Shown: in pieces, positions 36,901 to 45,699 of the stretch
Layout of the letters: every line of letters begins with the position of its first letter
Numbering within the stretch: position 1 is the stretch's first letter
From: Ophelia neglecta
Taxonomy: Eukaryota
Assembly (NCBI GenBank): GCA_965285935.1
Contig: OZ260661.1
Coordinates: forward strand, 128,774,001-128,838,000
DNA length: 64,000 nt
Reading direction: 5' to 3'
Made by a program: the position numbers and the translations under genes
The notes under the pieces: generated by a model
What the model was told of the DNA's origin: nothing
Database searches by the model: none
What the model saw: the letters and a program-made list of their open reading frames with translations, nothing else

Positions 36901-39767
36901 CATGAAAAACAAGTGTGGGGTGGCAAAAAACTAGCCCTCCCCTGTGGCACTCTTAATAGTTTAGATAACTGCAGTTTGGAGATGCCAGTTATGGCCCTGC
37001 CCTTTAACACTTTGAGTGCCAAGGGCCCCTAAAATCGGCCCTATTTTCGATATTGGTAAAGTGCCAAGGGCCCCTAAAATCCTCTATTTTACCTAGTATA
37101 CTGTATAAAAGAGCCCCCTAGCATCATATCAGCTCCTATTCCACTGCAGTTTTGTTTTATATCATTGTTGAGCTTCTGTGTTTTCAAAAAAAATATGTAG
37201 TTTGGGGATATTTATTTGTCCATAAACTCGACATGAACATTTGGAAAATATTCTTATTCTTTTGGCACTTTACAGACAACCCAAAGGGTTAATATAGCAT
37301 TTTACAGGTATCTACACTAGGTTCACAACGATGCCCTAATATTGGCCAGCCTTTTAATTTTTGTGGTTTTGTCCGAGCCGACAATATTCATGAGATAAAT
37401 TGCTGGTGTAATGTAAGGATTTTGCGGTCAGAGTTTTTACACTGGATGTTTCATGTAGGAAATGCCCAGAACCAAGAAGGTATTAATGAATTATTCTAGC
37501 AGCCATTCCAGACACTAGTACCTTGCTGTAGCACATAACCAACCAGAACAGCTTTGACTTTAAGCATGTATTTTTGTGGCAGGCCTGGTTTAAGAACTCA
37601 TTTTGATGCTAACATCTCAAGATGGTTCAAGGCAGACGTCCTGCCTTTTGTGTTTCTCTCTTGTCGGCTGACTCGCTGCGACTGTTGCATTGTTTTTAGT
37701 CTTTTTCCCTTGTAGAGTGAGTTGATGTGGCTGTTTCGGTTGTTTTGTGATTCTTTTCTTGACATGTGATCCATATACCTCCAGTTATTTTCCAGATTCT
37801 AAGAATGACTATTTTCAATTAATAATTCATCACAATTTAATGTTCATGATATTATATTGCATTTATCTAGGAATGGGACAGAGAGAAATGACTTTTTTCT
37901 TCCTTTCAATGTGCCTTAAAAGTGTTTGTTTTTACTACAGACAATTGAACAGATTTAAATCTTTTTTTATTCATTTTAATACTACATTAATGTTTTTTTC
38001 TTGTGTAGGCAATGGGACAGATTTAAACAACAAGTCAGTCAGTATGGGTGCTATAGGGGACCATCAGGACACCAAAGACGGGCACAGCAAGCTCAAAAAC
38101 AGTCGCTCAGGTGATCTGCCAGGGGGAGCTGTGGGTTACCATGCCAGAGGTCAGGAGGCCAGAGGTCAGGAGGCCAGAGGTCAGGAGGCCAGAGGTCAGG
38201 ACAGGCTCGGTGCTGACCCTGGCCCTCGAAGCTCAAGCAGTAGGTCAGTGGAAAGCATGAATGGATGCTTAATGAAAGTCTAAATATTCTATAAAGATAA
38301 ATTATTGATGTCTGCCTGCTGATTGGAAATATGCTAAGTTCTCAAATGTTTGTAAGATATTTATCATTTACACATACTTTTTATATTTTCCTCTTTAGTG
38401 CCCAAAGAAGAGAAACAAATGCTCAGAGAGTGGCTGAGCTGGAAGCCCGAGTGTTAGAACTAGAACAGTTACTAGAAAGGGTAGGCTGATTAACATTGAC
38501 TTAGGAATATAAAATAGTTAAAAGAATGAAAAACCAAATTAAGTATATAGTGGTCCCTGTGTTGTATAGACACCCCTTCATCCAAGCAAAAGTGTCCCTA
38601 CATTGTAGGTGTCCCTTCATCTGAGGGACATTAACATAGGAAAGATAGGACATGGGCATTTAAAAATGTCCTGTGGTCAGGGGGAGTCCCTTCATCAGAG
38701 GGTCCCTTCATCACAGGGACCACTGTATGTCCTGTGGTTGGAGGGAGTCCCTTCATCGGAGGGTCCCTTCATCGCAGGGACCACTGTATGTCCTGTGGTC
38801 GGAGGGAGTCCCTTCATCGGAGGGTCCCTTCATCGCAGGGACCACTGTATGTCCTGTGGTCGGAGGGAGTCCCTTCATCGGAGGGTCCCTTCATCGCAGG
38901 GACCACTGTATGTCCTGTGGTCGGAGGGAGTCCCTTCATCGGAGGGTCCCTTCATCGCAGGGACCACTGTATGTCCTGTGGTTGGAGGGAGTCCCTTCAT
39001 CGGAGGGTCCCTTCATCGCAGGGACCACTGTATGTCCTGTGGTCGGAGGGAGTCCCTTCATCGGAGGGTCCCTTCATCGCAGGGACCACTGTATGTCCTG
39101 TGGATGGAGGGAGTCCCTTCATCGGAGGGTCCCTTCATCGCAGGGACCACTGTATGTCCTGTGGTCGGAGGGAGTCCCTTCATCGGAGGGTCCCTTCATC
39201 GCAGGGACCACTGTATGTCCTGTGGTCGGAGGGAGTCCCTTCATCGGAGGGTCCCTTCATCGCAGGGACCACTGTATGTCCTGTGGTTGGAGGGAGTCCC
39301 TTCATCGGAGGGTCCCTTCATCGCAGGGACCACTGTACAACCGCAAGCAGCCAGCCATTCACTGTGCATTGTGTTTGGGAGCTACAAGCAATTTTGGTCT
39401 GTTTCCTATGTTTACCCATCGCAGGGACCATTGTATATGTGTACTATATAATCAAATTCATTTATTTAAGGAGGATATATGTCAATTACATAATTATCGG
39501 TTTATGAATGATTATATATATTGATTACTGTTATGATTCTCATTTCGTTTGACAAGTAAAGTTGATTGTGATGGGTTTCAGGAGGCAATGAAAACATCCC
39601 TACATGCGTTTAAATGATTTTTTCAGGAGCGTTCAAGTCATCATGCTCTAGAGGACGAGGTGCATCAATTACGACAAGACAACGTCCGCCTACAGGAGGA
39701 ATCTCAAACTGCGGCCTCCCAACTCCGCAAGTTCACGGAATGGTTCTTCAATACCATAGATAGATAG
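5444..39767 (+). CDS. SIPA1L: Signal-induced proliferation-associated 1-like protein (RapGAP-PDZ-SPAR_C-coiled coil), spliced, 5'-partial
   Basis: join(5444-5601,6402-6590,7017-7092,8771-8869,9211-9314,9482-9639,10346-10452,10746-10978,11276-11421,12105-12219,13009-13262,14169-14318,14968-15125,16461-16516,17612-17819,18256-18495,19215-19356,24988-25177,26588-26808,27979-28133,38009-38243,38399-38480,39627-39767). All introns are GT-AG, phases are compatible and there are no internal stops. Motifs [47 protein letters not shown], PLPDTAxDxDWxNLVD and [11 protein letters not shown] match the SIPA1L family as recalled. Confidence 0.95.
5560..6075 (+). repeat. Four tandem copies of exon 3' end plus donor, with G-rich spacers
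   Basis: tgcttcatgtacaggctcatagtcaggaccagtgag|gtaag, with GT at 5602, 5779, 5921 and 6067. Confidence 0.93.
6402..6590 (+). CDS. SIPA1L: SIPA1L exon
   Basis: [15 protein letters not shown]...[10 protein letters not shown]; ctcag| and |gtgaga. Confidence 0.95.
7017..7092 (+). CDS. SIPA1L: SIPA1L exon (RapGAP start)
   Basis: [25 protein letters not shown]; tttcag| and |gtaagt. Confidence 0.95.
7086..7250 (+). repeat. 24-bp minisatellite derived from the exon/donor junction
   Basis: aataact|gtaagtcagacagt is followed by six gataacaactgttagtcagccagg-type units; the array resumes at 8467-8497. Confidence 0.85.
7261..8466 (+). mobile_element. 5'-truncated non-LTR retrotransposon (I/Nimb-like) with RNase H, CCHC finger and 3' tail
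   Basis: [28 protein letters not shown] RNase H motifs; RLRIGH and CEGC-x7-H-x4-C; stop at 8166; tail ...gtcgtcaagccccaaaaatccaaatcc. Confidence 0.9.
7372..8166 (+). pseudogene. LINE ORF2 C-terminal fragment (RNase H plus zinc knuckle)
   Basis: Open frame matching ORF 7387..8166. No RT domain, no ATG start, and the frame is disrupted just upstream. Confidence 0.85.
8771..8869 (+). CDS. SIPA1L: SIPA1L exon (RapGAP)
   Basis: [33 protein letters not shown]; cttag| and |gtaaga. Confidence 0.95.
9211..9314 (+). CDS. SIPA1L: SIPA1L exon (RapGAP)
   Basis: [35 protein letters not shown]. Confidence 0.95.
9482..9639 (+). CDS. SIPA1L: SIPA1L exon (catalytic Asn thumb)
   Basis: [42 protein letters not shown]. 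Confidence 0.96.
10346..10452 (+). CDS. SIPA1L: SIPA1L exon (RapGAP)
   Basis: [36 protein letters not shown]. Confidence 0.95.
10746..10978 (+). CDS. SIPA1L: SIPA1L exon (RapGAP end)
   Basis: [30 protein letters not shown]...TWKVQ. Confidence 0.95.
11276..11421 (+). CDS. SIPA1L: SIPA1L exon
   Basis: [48 protein letters not shown]. Confidence 0.93.
11727..11840. repeat. 25-bp minisatellite, about 4.5 copies
   Basis: Unit tagtgtcagtagtatacactatacc. Confidence 0.85.
12105..12219 (+). CDS. SIPA1L: SIPA1L exon
   Basis: [39 protein letters not shown]. Confidence 0.93.
12297..12528 (+). mobile_element. 5'-truncated SINE (Meta/MESC-like core) with (AAC)n tail
   Basis: 13-bp target-site duplication atataacgatcat at 12284-12296 and 12529-12541; core ggtgtcagtataatgtgact; near-identical second copy at 19431. 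The family name is from recall, not from a search. Confidence 0.85.
12922..12977. repeat. Compound (CTA)n(CCA)n microsatellite
   Basis: Read directly from the sequence. Confidence 0.95.
13009..13262 (+). CDS. SIPA1L: SIPA1L exon (PDZ domain)
   Basis: [22 protein letters not shown]...[31 protein letters not shown]...PPHEDGSPR. Confidence 0.96.
13684..13852. mobile_element. Tc1/mariner-pogo-type MITE (cagtgaaacct family), decayed ends
   Basis: Aligns by eye with the copies at 28168 and 30797; internal gaccac repeats. Confidence 0.7.
14169..14318 (+). CDS. SIPA1L: SIPA1L exon (disordered region)
   Basis: [19 protein letters not shown]...IEPPKHNS; phase 2-2, open. Confidence 0.8.
14253..14665 (+). 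repeat. Three tandem copies of exon 3' end plus donor, with G-rich spacers
   Basis: agcaggatagaacccccgaaacacaacagcag|gtaggttatcagagggg, with GT at 14319, 14527 and 14646. Confidence 0.92.
14968..15125 (+). CDS. SIPA1L: SIPA1L exon; alternative in-frame donor extends it to 15257
   Basis: [15 protein letters not shown]...PVNPH; donors g|gtaagc (15126) and g|gtaggt (15258) are both phase 1. Confidence 0.8.
16461..16516 (+). CDS. SIPA1L: SIPA1L small exon
   Basis: tttttcag|[19 protein letters not shown]|gtgtgt; needed to bridge phase 1 to phase 0. Confidence 0.7.
16826..17597. repeat. 32-bp minisatellite, about 23 copies
   Basis: Unit aatgtgtgtaggaaggctagtagtattttacc. Confidence 0.95.
17612..17819 (+). 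CDS. SIPA1L: SIPA1L exon
   Basis: [18 protein letters not shown]...SGSSISQ; open, phase 0-1. A second phase-1 donor lies at 17847. Confidence 0.72.
18256..18495 (+). CDS. SIPA1L: SIPA1L exon (Ser-rich)
   Basis: [14 protein letters not shown]...[12 protein letters not shown]...EDLPR. Confidence 0.85.
19215..19356 (+). CDS. SIPA1L: SIPA1L exon
   Basis: [14 protein letters not shown]...[14 protein letters not shown]; ttttcag| and |gtagga. Confidence 0.85.
19431..19593 (+). mobile_element. Second, shorter copy of the SINE at 12297
   Basis: Near-identical ggtgtcagtataatgt...aaaccccaaacaac. Confidence 0.85.
19600..19940. repeat. Degenerate ~38-bp tandem repeat including a copy of the upstream exon end and donor
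   Basis: Unit caaggctgtttacagtagtcatagcactcatagcaaac; gggcagcagaag|gtagg is repeated with GT at 19685. Confidence 0.75.
21582..21949. mobile_element. MITE with 11-12-bp target-site duplication (Mutator-like?)
   Basis: TIR cccttcgtagcagag / ctctgcttcgaaggg; flanking direct repeat tatggaaatcct at 21570-21581 and 21949-21960. Confidence 0.8.
22714..22803 (+). CDS. SIPA1L: Candidate SIPA1L cassette exon (90 nt, phase 2-2)
   Basis: tttctccag|...tgg|gtgagc; open frame [30 protein letters not shown]. Confidence 0.5.
23340..23950. repeat. C-rich 20-22-bp minisatellite
   Basis: Unit ccccaactgcccttcccata, with a degenerate left half. Confidence 0.9.
24988..25177 (+). CDS. SIPA1L: SIPA1L exon
   Basis: [12 protein letters not shown]...[14 protein letters not shown]...NISE|gtaagt. 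Confidence 0.88.
25744..26300 (-). mobile_element. Diverged inverted 3' fragment of the same LINE family as 7261-8466, interrupted by a MITE
   Basis: Reverse complement of the tail (ggatttggattttt...atttagtgtc) and of the ORF end ([11 protein letters not shown] versus [11 protein letters not shown]). Confidence 0.75.
25851..26012. mobile_element. MITE (cagtggtccct family) nested in the LINE remnant
   Basis: TIR cggtggtccctgc / gcagggaccactg. Confidence 0.75.
26588..26808 (+). CDS. SIPA1L: SIPA1L exon (SPAR_C, RTxSEES motif)
   Basis: [25 protein letters not shown]...GLDREQ; ttgcag| and |gtaagt. Confidence 0.88.
26781..27300 (+). repeat. Seven tandem copies of exon 3' end plus donor, with G/GT-rich spacers
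   Basis: (gacaagagggactggacag)ggagcagaa|gtaagtg, with GT at 26809, 26884, 26975, 27052, 27140, 27201 and 27278. Confidence 0.93.
27979..28133 (+). CDS. SIPA1L: SIPA1L exon (SPAR_C)
   Basis: LSPRATTD...[23 protein letters not shown]. Confidence 0.93.
28168..28344. mobile_element. Tc1/mariner-pogo-type MITE (cagtgaaacct family)
   Basis: agtgaaacctg ... caggtttcactgta inverted ends. Confidence 0.8.
29467..29765. mobile_element. piggyBac-like MITE, decayed right end
   Basis: ttaa-cactttgagtgtcaagggcccctaaaatc, homologous to the copy at 37004. Confidence 0.6.
29912..30086. mobile_element. TA-flanked MITE (taccgtat...atatggta ends)
   Basis: Short imperfect inverted ends and subterminal gcgcc/gcact repeats. 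Confidence 0.45.
30187..30436. repeat. 33-bp minisatellite, about 7.5 copies
   Basis: Unit tgataggaaagtaggcttatataggggatcaca. Confidence 0.9.
30669..30677 (+). CDS. SIPA1L: Candidate 9-nt microexon (adds D-E-P)
   Basis: Pyrimidine tract, then ttgaccag|atgagccag|gtaatt; phase 1-1 fits the flanking exons. Confidence 0.55.
30797..30976. mobile_element. MITE (cagtgaaacct family)
   Basis: cattgaaacctg ... caggtttcactg. Confidence 0.8.
31687..32408. repeat. 22-bp minisatellite, about 33 copies
   Basis: Unit cctagtgtggcctgttagttca. Confidence 0.95.
33375..33388. promoter_or_regulatory. Perfect RFX X-box palindrome, candidate internal promoter element
   Basis: GTTGCCATGGCAAC, with an ETS-type caggaagtg about 60 bp downstream. 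Confidence 0.5.
35326..35428 (+). CDS. SIPA1L: Candidate alternative first coding exon of a short SIPA1L isoform
   Basis: aaa[37 protein letters not shown], then g|gtgagt in phase 1, matching the acceptor at 38009. Confidence 0.55.
35693..36678. repeat. 21-bp minisatellite, about 47 copies
   Basis: Unit cagtctgatcaggtgactccc. Confidence 0.95.
37004..37292. mobile_element. piggyBac-like MITE
   Basis: TTAA at both ends (37004-37007 and 37289-37292); ends cactttgagt / acccaaaggg. Confidence 0.7.
38009..38243 (+). CDS. SIPA1L: SIPA1L exon containing a 15-bp coding repeat (ARGQE x4)
   Basis: [10 protein letters not shown]...[20 protein letters not shown]...RSSS; tgtag| and |gtcagt. Confidence 0.85.
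38399..38480 (+). CDS. SIPA1L: SIPA1L exon (coiled coil)
   Basis: [28 protein letters not shown]. Confidence 0.92.
38546..39337. mobile_element. MITE (cagtggtccct family) with its right 61 bp tandemly amplified about 11 times
   Basis: Left end ta-tagtggtccctg; each 61-bp unit from about 38668 ends in cagggaccactg-ta. Confidence 0.88.
39627..39767 (+). CDS. SIPA1L: SIPA1L last coding exon
   Basis: [46 protein letters not shown], then TAG TGA. Confidence 0.95.
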   Translation, partial: ERSSHHALEDEVHQLRQDNVRLQEESQTAASQLRKFTEWFFNTIDR

Positions 39768-41582
39768 TGATGTGGGCCACAAAGTGGGATTTCAGACTGA
39801 TTTAAACTGGCCAATAGAGCACGGCTCAGAGATGGTTGCCATGGTAACGTAGCAGCTCCCCAGGCCAAAAAACCTGTGTTCAACTGCAATTGCTGACAGG
39901 ACATACTGTGACCTGGTTGCATGGCAACCGGTGTGGCCAGGTGTTCATGGTGGCAAAAGATAAATGGTTGCCAGGCAACAATGACATACTTCTCTTTAAG
40001 GCAATATATAATATAAGCATGTTGCCAAACAACAAATTTATCTGTTTGTGAAATTTATGTTAAAGAAAGGCTCTCATATCAACAGTTTTATTCCAAATAA
40101 AATTCACTTTGGCAGTATTTTAATTTTAATTTCAAGTTAAGAGAAAATTGGAAAACTGATCTGATTGTATCCTTTCTGGTGAATCTCTCCTGCTCTTCCC
40201 AATGATGGCCTTCAAAGTCTCTGTCTTTGTGACAAACATGATTGTTTATTGATAGATTGAAGATGCCGGAACTTCTTTTCACAGCTCAGTGATTCTTTGG
40301 TGCCTCACCATGCTGGAACTATTTCGTCAGTAGTACAGAATGCCAGAAATATTTTGAATGCAGGGCCTTTTGTCAGTCTGGCAGAGTTGCATTGTACGTG
40401 AAATTTCTTTTCTGCTCAAGCTTGGGTGGATCACCAATATTTCCTGGTTCCTTTACCGAAGTAGTATATACTTTATTCTGGTAAGCCCTGCGATCCCTAC
40501 CTTGACCCTCTGTTGACCTGATGTTGATCGGGACACTGGTTGGTTAACGGGAGAATAGTGACACACTCTGATATGTGGGGGCTGTATACTTGTATTTTCA
40601 ATAAGGTTATTTCACCCATAGGTTATTAGAAAAAAAAGATTTATTATTTAACAAATGATGTGTGTAAAGTGGATATTCAACTGTGTCAAGAATTGAAATA
40701 TTTGGCAGGGAACAAGGGCATTATTGTGATTAAATCTTTATTTTTCAACAAAGTTAGTCTTTTTTTAATACAACAGGGGTGGTAATTTTAAGGAATTACA
40801 GGAAGTGCTTCTTTGATCATGTTGATATTTCCCAGGAGTTGAAAAATCTGAAGGGATTAATTGTTTGCGGTAATTTCTTATGGTTTTGACAAGTTAATAT
40901 CCATTTATCACAGATATTTTTAGGTTCATTTTTATCTTGACTATACACAATGTATGTCCATGTACCACTGTATTGTGCTTTGAGGGAGTGCTCATTATTT
41001 CCATCCAGGTGAAAAGGTGGTTTTGCGAGAAACATTTGTTCAGTAAAAAGTGTTGATAGCCCCTCTTTGTAGTGTTCAATTTTTCTACCACCTTCCCCCC
41101 CTCCCCCCCCCCCCCCCCTGTCCTGTTCTCCAGTTATCTAACCACCCTACGCAACTACATGTCTCGGTTTTTCCTCCCATTTTCAATTTTTCATGCCCCC
41201 CCCCCCCTCCCCGATGCTAGAAATAGTGAGCAGTCCCTTACTATAGAAAATAAATTATCCATGTAAAAAGTGCTGTGCGGGTCCTGCCCTGAACAAAACT
41301 TAGTTAGTGCTATAATTATAAATACATATATGAATATCAACTATTTTTATACAGTAATTATTTTCTTGTTAACGTTTTCTGTACTGTAAGTTGTGTTTTT
41401 GATGCTGACACTTGTAAATTGTATAAAAACCTGTATAGAAACACGCCTGTACAAATAACAATATCCAGAAGGTTGAACCATTAGGACTGCTGTACATAGG
41501 TGTAAGTAAAGAGCCGACATCTTATTTATTTGTACATTTTACATGCATACACTGAATCAGGAATGTTAAAATATATGACAGA

Positions 41583-41588
41583 AATAAA
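41583..41588 (+). terminator. Probable SIPA1L polyadenylation signal
   Basis: AATAAA after a TGTA-rich UTR segment and before a T-rich tract; other AATAAA hexamers lie upstream, e.g. at 40096. Confidence 0.4.
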
Positions 41589-41686
41589 TACTTAAATATT
41601 ACCAGCGCAGAAAGTTATTCTTCTTTGACTAGATATATTTTTGATGTGAACACTTTGATGACAAATATGTTGTCTTAGGTTTTACA

Positions 41687-42150
41687 AATACACAGGTGAT
41701 TTCAATTCTGCAGTTTTACTTACCTTTTTAAATCAATCACAAAGTTAAACGAAGTTAGTTTAAAGGTACCTTCCAATGTAGATGACCTTATCTATCTTTT
41801 AATAAGTAGATCTAATGACCTATTGTACCAGTTAATACGGGTATTGTTGAACAGATAATTTATACGGTGTCCAGTCAACTCGCGCGGGTGCTAACTCGCG
41901 CGGGCTACAACTTGCGCACAATACACAGGTGATTTCAATTCTGCAGTTTTACTTACCTTTTTAAATCAATCACAAAGTTAAACGAAGTTAGTTTAAAGGC
42001 ACCTTCCAATGTAGATGACCTTATCTATCTTTTAATACGTAGATCTAATGACCTATTGTACCTGATAATACCGGTAATGTTGAACAGATAATTTATACAG
42101 TGTCCAGTCAACTCGCGCGGGTGCTAACTCGCGCGGGCTACAACTTGCGC
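41687..42150. repeat. 233-bp tandem duplication including a transposon left end
   Basis: aatacacaggtgatttc...ctacaacttgcgc starts at both 41687 and 41920. Confidence 0.92.
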
Positions 42151-42611
42151 GGGTGCCGAGTCGCTCGAGGTTATTTTCACAGTTATTGTGTTCGGATGGT
42201 TAACTACATTGCTGTGGTAAAAACTAACTTGTGGTCATTTTACCGCCATATAGATTGCAAGAATTTTTTAATATATTATTGCTGATTCCCATGTCACAGT
42301 GCTTTCTAAACTCAGATATTAGAAATAAAATATGTAGGGCCCTCGAAGGCGAGTTCGCTAATCACCACAGGGCTTCGTCGGCAAACAGGCCGACTTGGAT
42401 AAAGGGTGACTACGTTTAGGGGCGAGTAATGCAATGGTTTCTATTTATTTCTTTCATATTTAAAAATTATAATAGGAGTTATGGATGTCTTGTCAACATG
42501 TCAAATATACTAAACTAACGTTATATTAAAACAAGCACAAGGAGTTGCCTGCTGCGCGAGTTGGCATAGAATGCCGTGCGAGTTGGCACCTGCGCGAGTT
42601 GACCCGGGACC
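42099..42611. mobile_element. MITE with 8-bp TSD (Merlin- or hAT-like)
   Basis: TSD atttatac at 42091-42098 and 42612-42619; TIRs with repeated aactcgcgc / gcgcgagtt. Confidence 0.8.
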
Positions 42612-45600
42612 ATTTATACCACGTATGGACGCTACTTTCAAAAGCTAGTTGTAGTAGTAACGTATATCTACACAAGCATGTGCCTATACATGGGGAACAA
42701 CATGTCACTATTTTTCTAATTGTGACTCTTATAACGTTTCGGATAGTCTACACTTGATAAACATTCGTCTGAAAAGTAGACTAACATGAAATTGTTCGTA
42801 ATTATGAGAGTAATTAACTGAGATGAAGACAAATCCTGTTCATCTACTTTGTTTTACTATTTCCGGTGGTTGCTAGTCACCCGCTGAGGAAGTCATATTC
42901 CTCATAGCCGCATGGTGGCAGTAGTAGTGCGGATGTAAAGATGCACCAACTTTTGTTCAACAAATTTGAAATTAAACGTTTATAAACCATACGTAATATC
43001 CTATTGAGATAGGCATGGAAGCCCTAAAATATCATGAGGCAGGGCAAGGAAACATTTAGTGACAATTTCCGTCATAGAATTAGTTGGATTATTTGGACTA
43101 AAGTCATCCCATGGAGCATAAACACAAGGAAAAGAAGGTATAGGCCTAGGGAAACCAATTTTAATCTGTATGGAACAAATTCACAAAGATCTGGTTAAAC
43201 ATTTCAAATTTATCACTGGACTGCAGTGACCCACAAAAAGCCCCTGAGTATTTGTAAAGAATATCACATGACCGCGGACAGGGAGAAGACTATCAGGCGA
43301 CCAGTATAGCATCAGTGATATGAGGCTAACTGAAAATAACCGGAAAGGTTGAAACAATGAGGTCATGTTGGGTGTTGGTGTCATTTACTCAATTCAATTC
43401 AATAGGGCCAGTCGGATATGCTTCATACTGCTGACCAACAACCACTTTTCTTACCTCCAAAGCTGATTGCAATTAAAAGGCAGTGCTAAGGCTGGGATAA
43501 GTGGGGCTACTTTCAGCTGTTCATATGGGAATTTAACATGGGAATGATGTTTAAAAGCCCTTACTTAGTGTTTGTTGATGTAATCAAAACAAAACTTTCA
43601 GGGATGATTAACATTTTAGAGGGCTTTCCATTCATTTAAAAAGGTGCTAGTGCAGGGGGTCAGCTCAAGATCATAATATACCTAAATTAATTAAATCCAG
43701 ACATAAGAGGGGCTAGGGTAAATGTACAGAGCAATGAACAGCCAATAGTCAATTGAATAAATCAAGAAAGGACATAATCTGGAATTTCAAATTTTAAAAG
43801 AAACTCCTTTAAACTTTGTTGATGAAATAACTTGGAGAAGGAGCGCTGTGTAGAGTCTATGTAATAGCTGGAAAGCTCCTGTGTCTTTCTTTTAATTTGT
43901 CCACGTTTTGTTTATTTAGTCTCTGTAATCAGGTCAGTCAAGGGACTGGAAAAAACTGACCACATTATGTAGGTGACCTTAATTAATAGGCAGGTCAGTT
44001 AATACAGGGATAAATGGGGATTGGGGTATTATTTAGTGACCTTAGTGGGCACGTGACCTTATTACACAGGTGACCACAAACCAAGGTTCCATCGTAATGC
44101 CGTTTGTGATAAATCAAACCTTGTTTTAGGAATGGTAATCACTTGATAAAACTTAAGTTGTGATGTCAAATATATAAATGCGTTATTAAACGTAAAGAAT
44201 CAGAAAGGTCGTCCACCATAATGGCCAGTGTGGGATTTCCTCCTGCAGTCACCGAGGCCCTCGAGCAAATCTCCGTGTCTGCTCAGGACTTCACTCTCCT
44301 CGCTGGACTGGTTTTCAAACAGTGTTCACTGGCCTGTCCAAAGTTGTACTAATATCGTCGACTAAAGTAGTATGCTTATTTAAACTGTAGATTTTCCTTT
44401 TATGTCCCAGTAGCTATGTTACTCGGTCAATGCCACCACTGGCAAACCGAGAGACTAGACGTATTGGTCTCAACCAGCGGGAATTGGTAAAATTCCAGCT
44501 GGGCTCGCGGTTATTATTCATCCTAGCTCGGACCAAAGGAACGCCGAGCAACTAAGCTTATTATTGGTCTAAGCCCGATCATACGATCGTCTGTCCAGGA
44601 TATCTGAAACCACATTTCAATGTTTAGCGTTTCCAGAGGATAACAGGGTTATAACCAGCCGATTAGTTCTTCAAATCTCTAAACTCTGTGGTTGAGTCGG
44701 CTTTGAGGAGTTATAACATGTTCAAACCATGGTTACTCTGTGTCGGGTGGCGCGGAAGACTTTATCGCGCCATTTCTCAAGCGGATGTAGCCCCACAATT
44801 ACTGACAATAGATAAGTCAGTTATATATTGAGACTAAAGAAGTTTAGTTTGAAACTTTGTTCGCACTATTTCTATTGGAACTGGCAAGTTTTAAATATTA
44901 GAAGTCATTTTAGAATTAGTTGATTAAATTTGAGTAATGTTTATTAGAGTTGAACAATATCCAACTGATTATGATTTTTATTTATGTTAATTTCTAGGTT
45001 TTTATTTTTTTCTAACTCCTTGAATGGCATTGCTATCCTTTAGTCAACTGGGGTCAAAGATATTCTACCATCAGTTGAGCGTTTGTTTTGTCAAACGGTT
45101 GTACATGTATACAAACTTTGTCAGCAAAGCTAAAAAAAAACTGTTTTCTTAATCCACTTGAAGCTCTATTTTGGGGATAAGCCGCTTCAGGTTGAAAGTC
45201 GCCTAACATTTGATTTTATAATCCTATCCGCATATACATTCAATTTCAAACCAAATACGTCTAGGAAAATAAACCCCAAGAATGGTTCTAAAAACATTAT
45301 TGAATTGCTTCAGGATAAAATCAATAAACGACCTACCCGCCTATAATCTCCAAGATGGAGTGAAACCAATTTAGCCATTTCAATAATTGAAACATCAAAG
45401 ATAGAACAAAAATAGTAATTCGCTTCCAATTAAGCTCGTCAAATCATATTAGCAAGAGGAAGGTTCATGTATTGTCAATTATTTAAAACTATTTTTGGAA
45501 CGAGAATCTGTATATATATCAGTCACTGCGCTAGATGTAGAGATCGAAAGAGATCAGATTGTTAATATTGTTGATACCAATAATTTATGCTAAGCCTAAC

Positions 45601-45699
45601 CGTTAGGTCTATATGTACTAAATGTAAACGCTAACATTTTATATGTTAATATGTACACCTGCTGCATAAGGTATCTAAAAATCAATTGACTTGCACCAG

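Noticed and set aside
37640-37722. Long pyrimidine tract followed by tag-a-gtgagt
   Set aside because: Would imply a 1-nt frameshifting exon; no plausible in-frame reading was found.
38609-39524. Three overlapping ORFs of 257-283 aa
   Set aside because: A 61-bp stop-free unit cycling through all three frames; MITE-derived.
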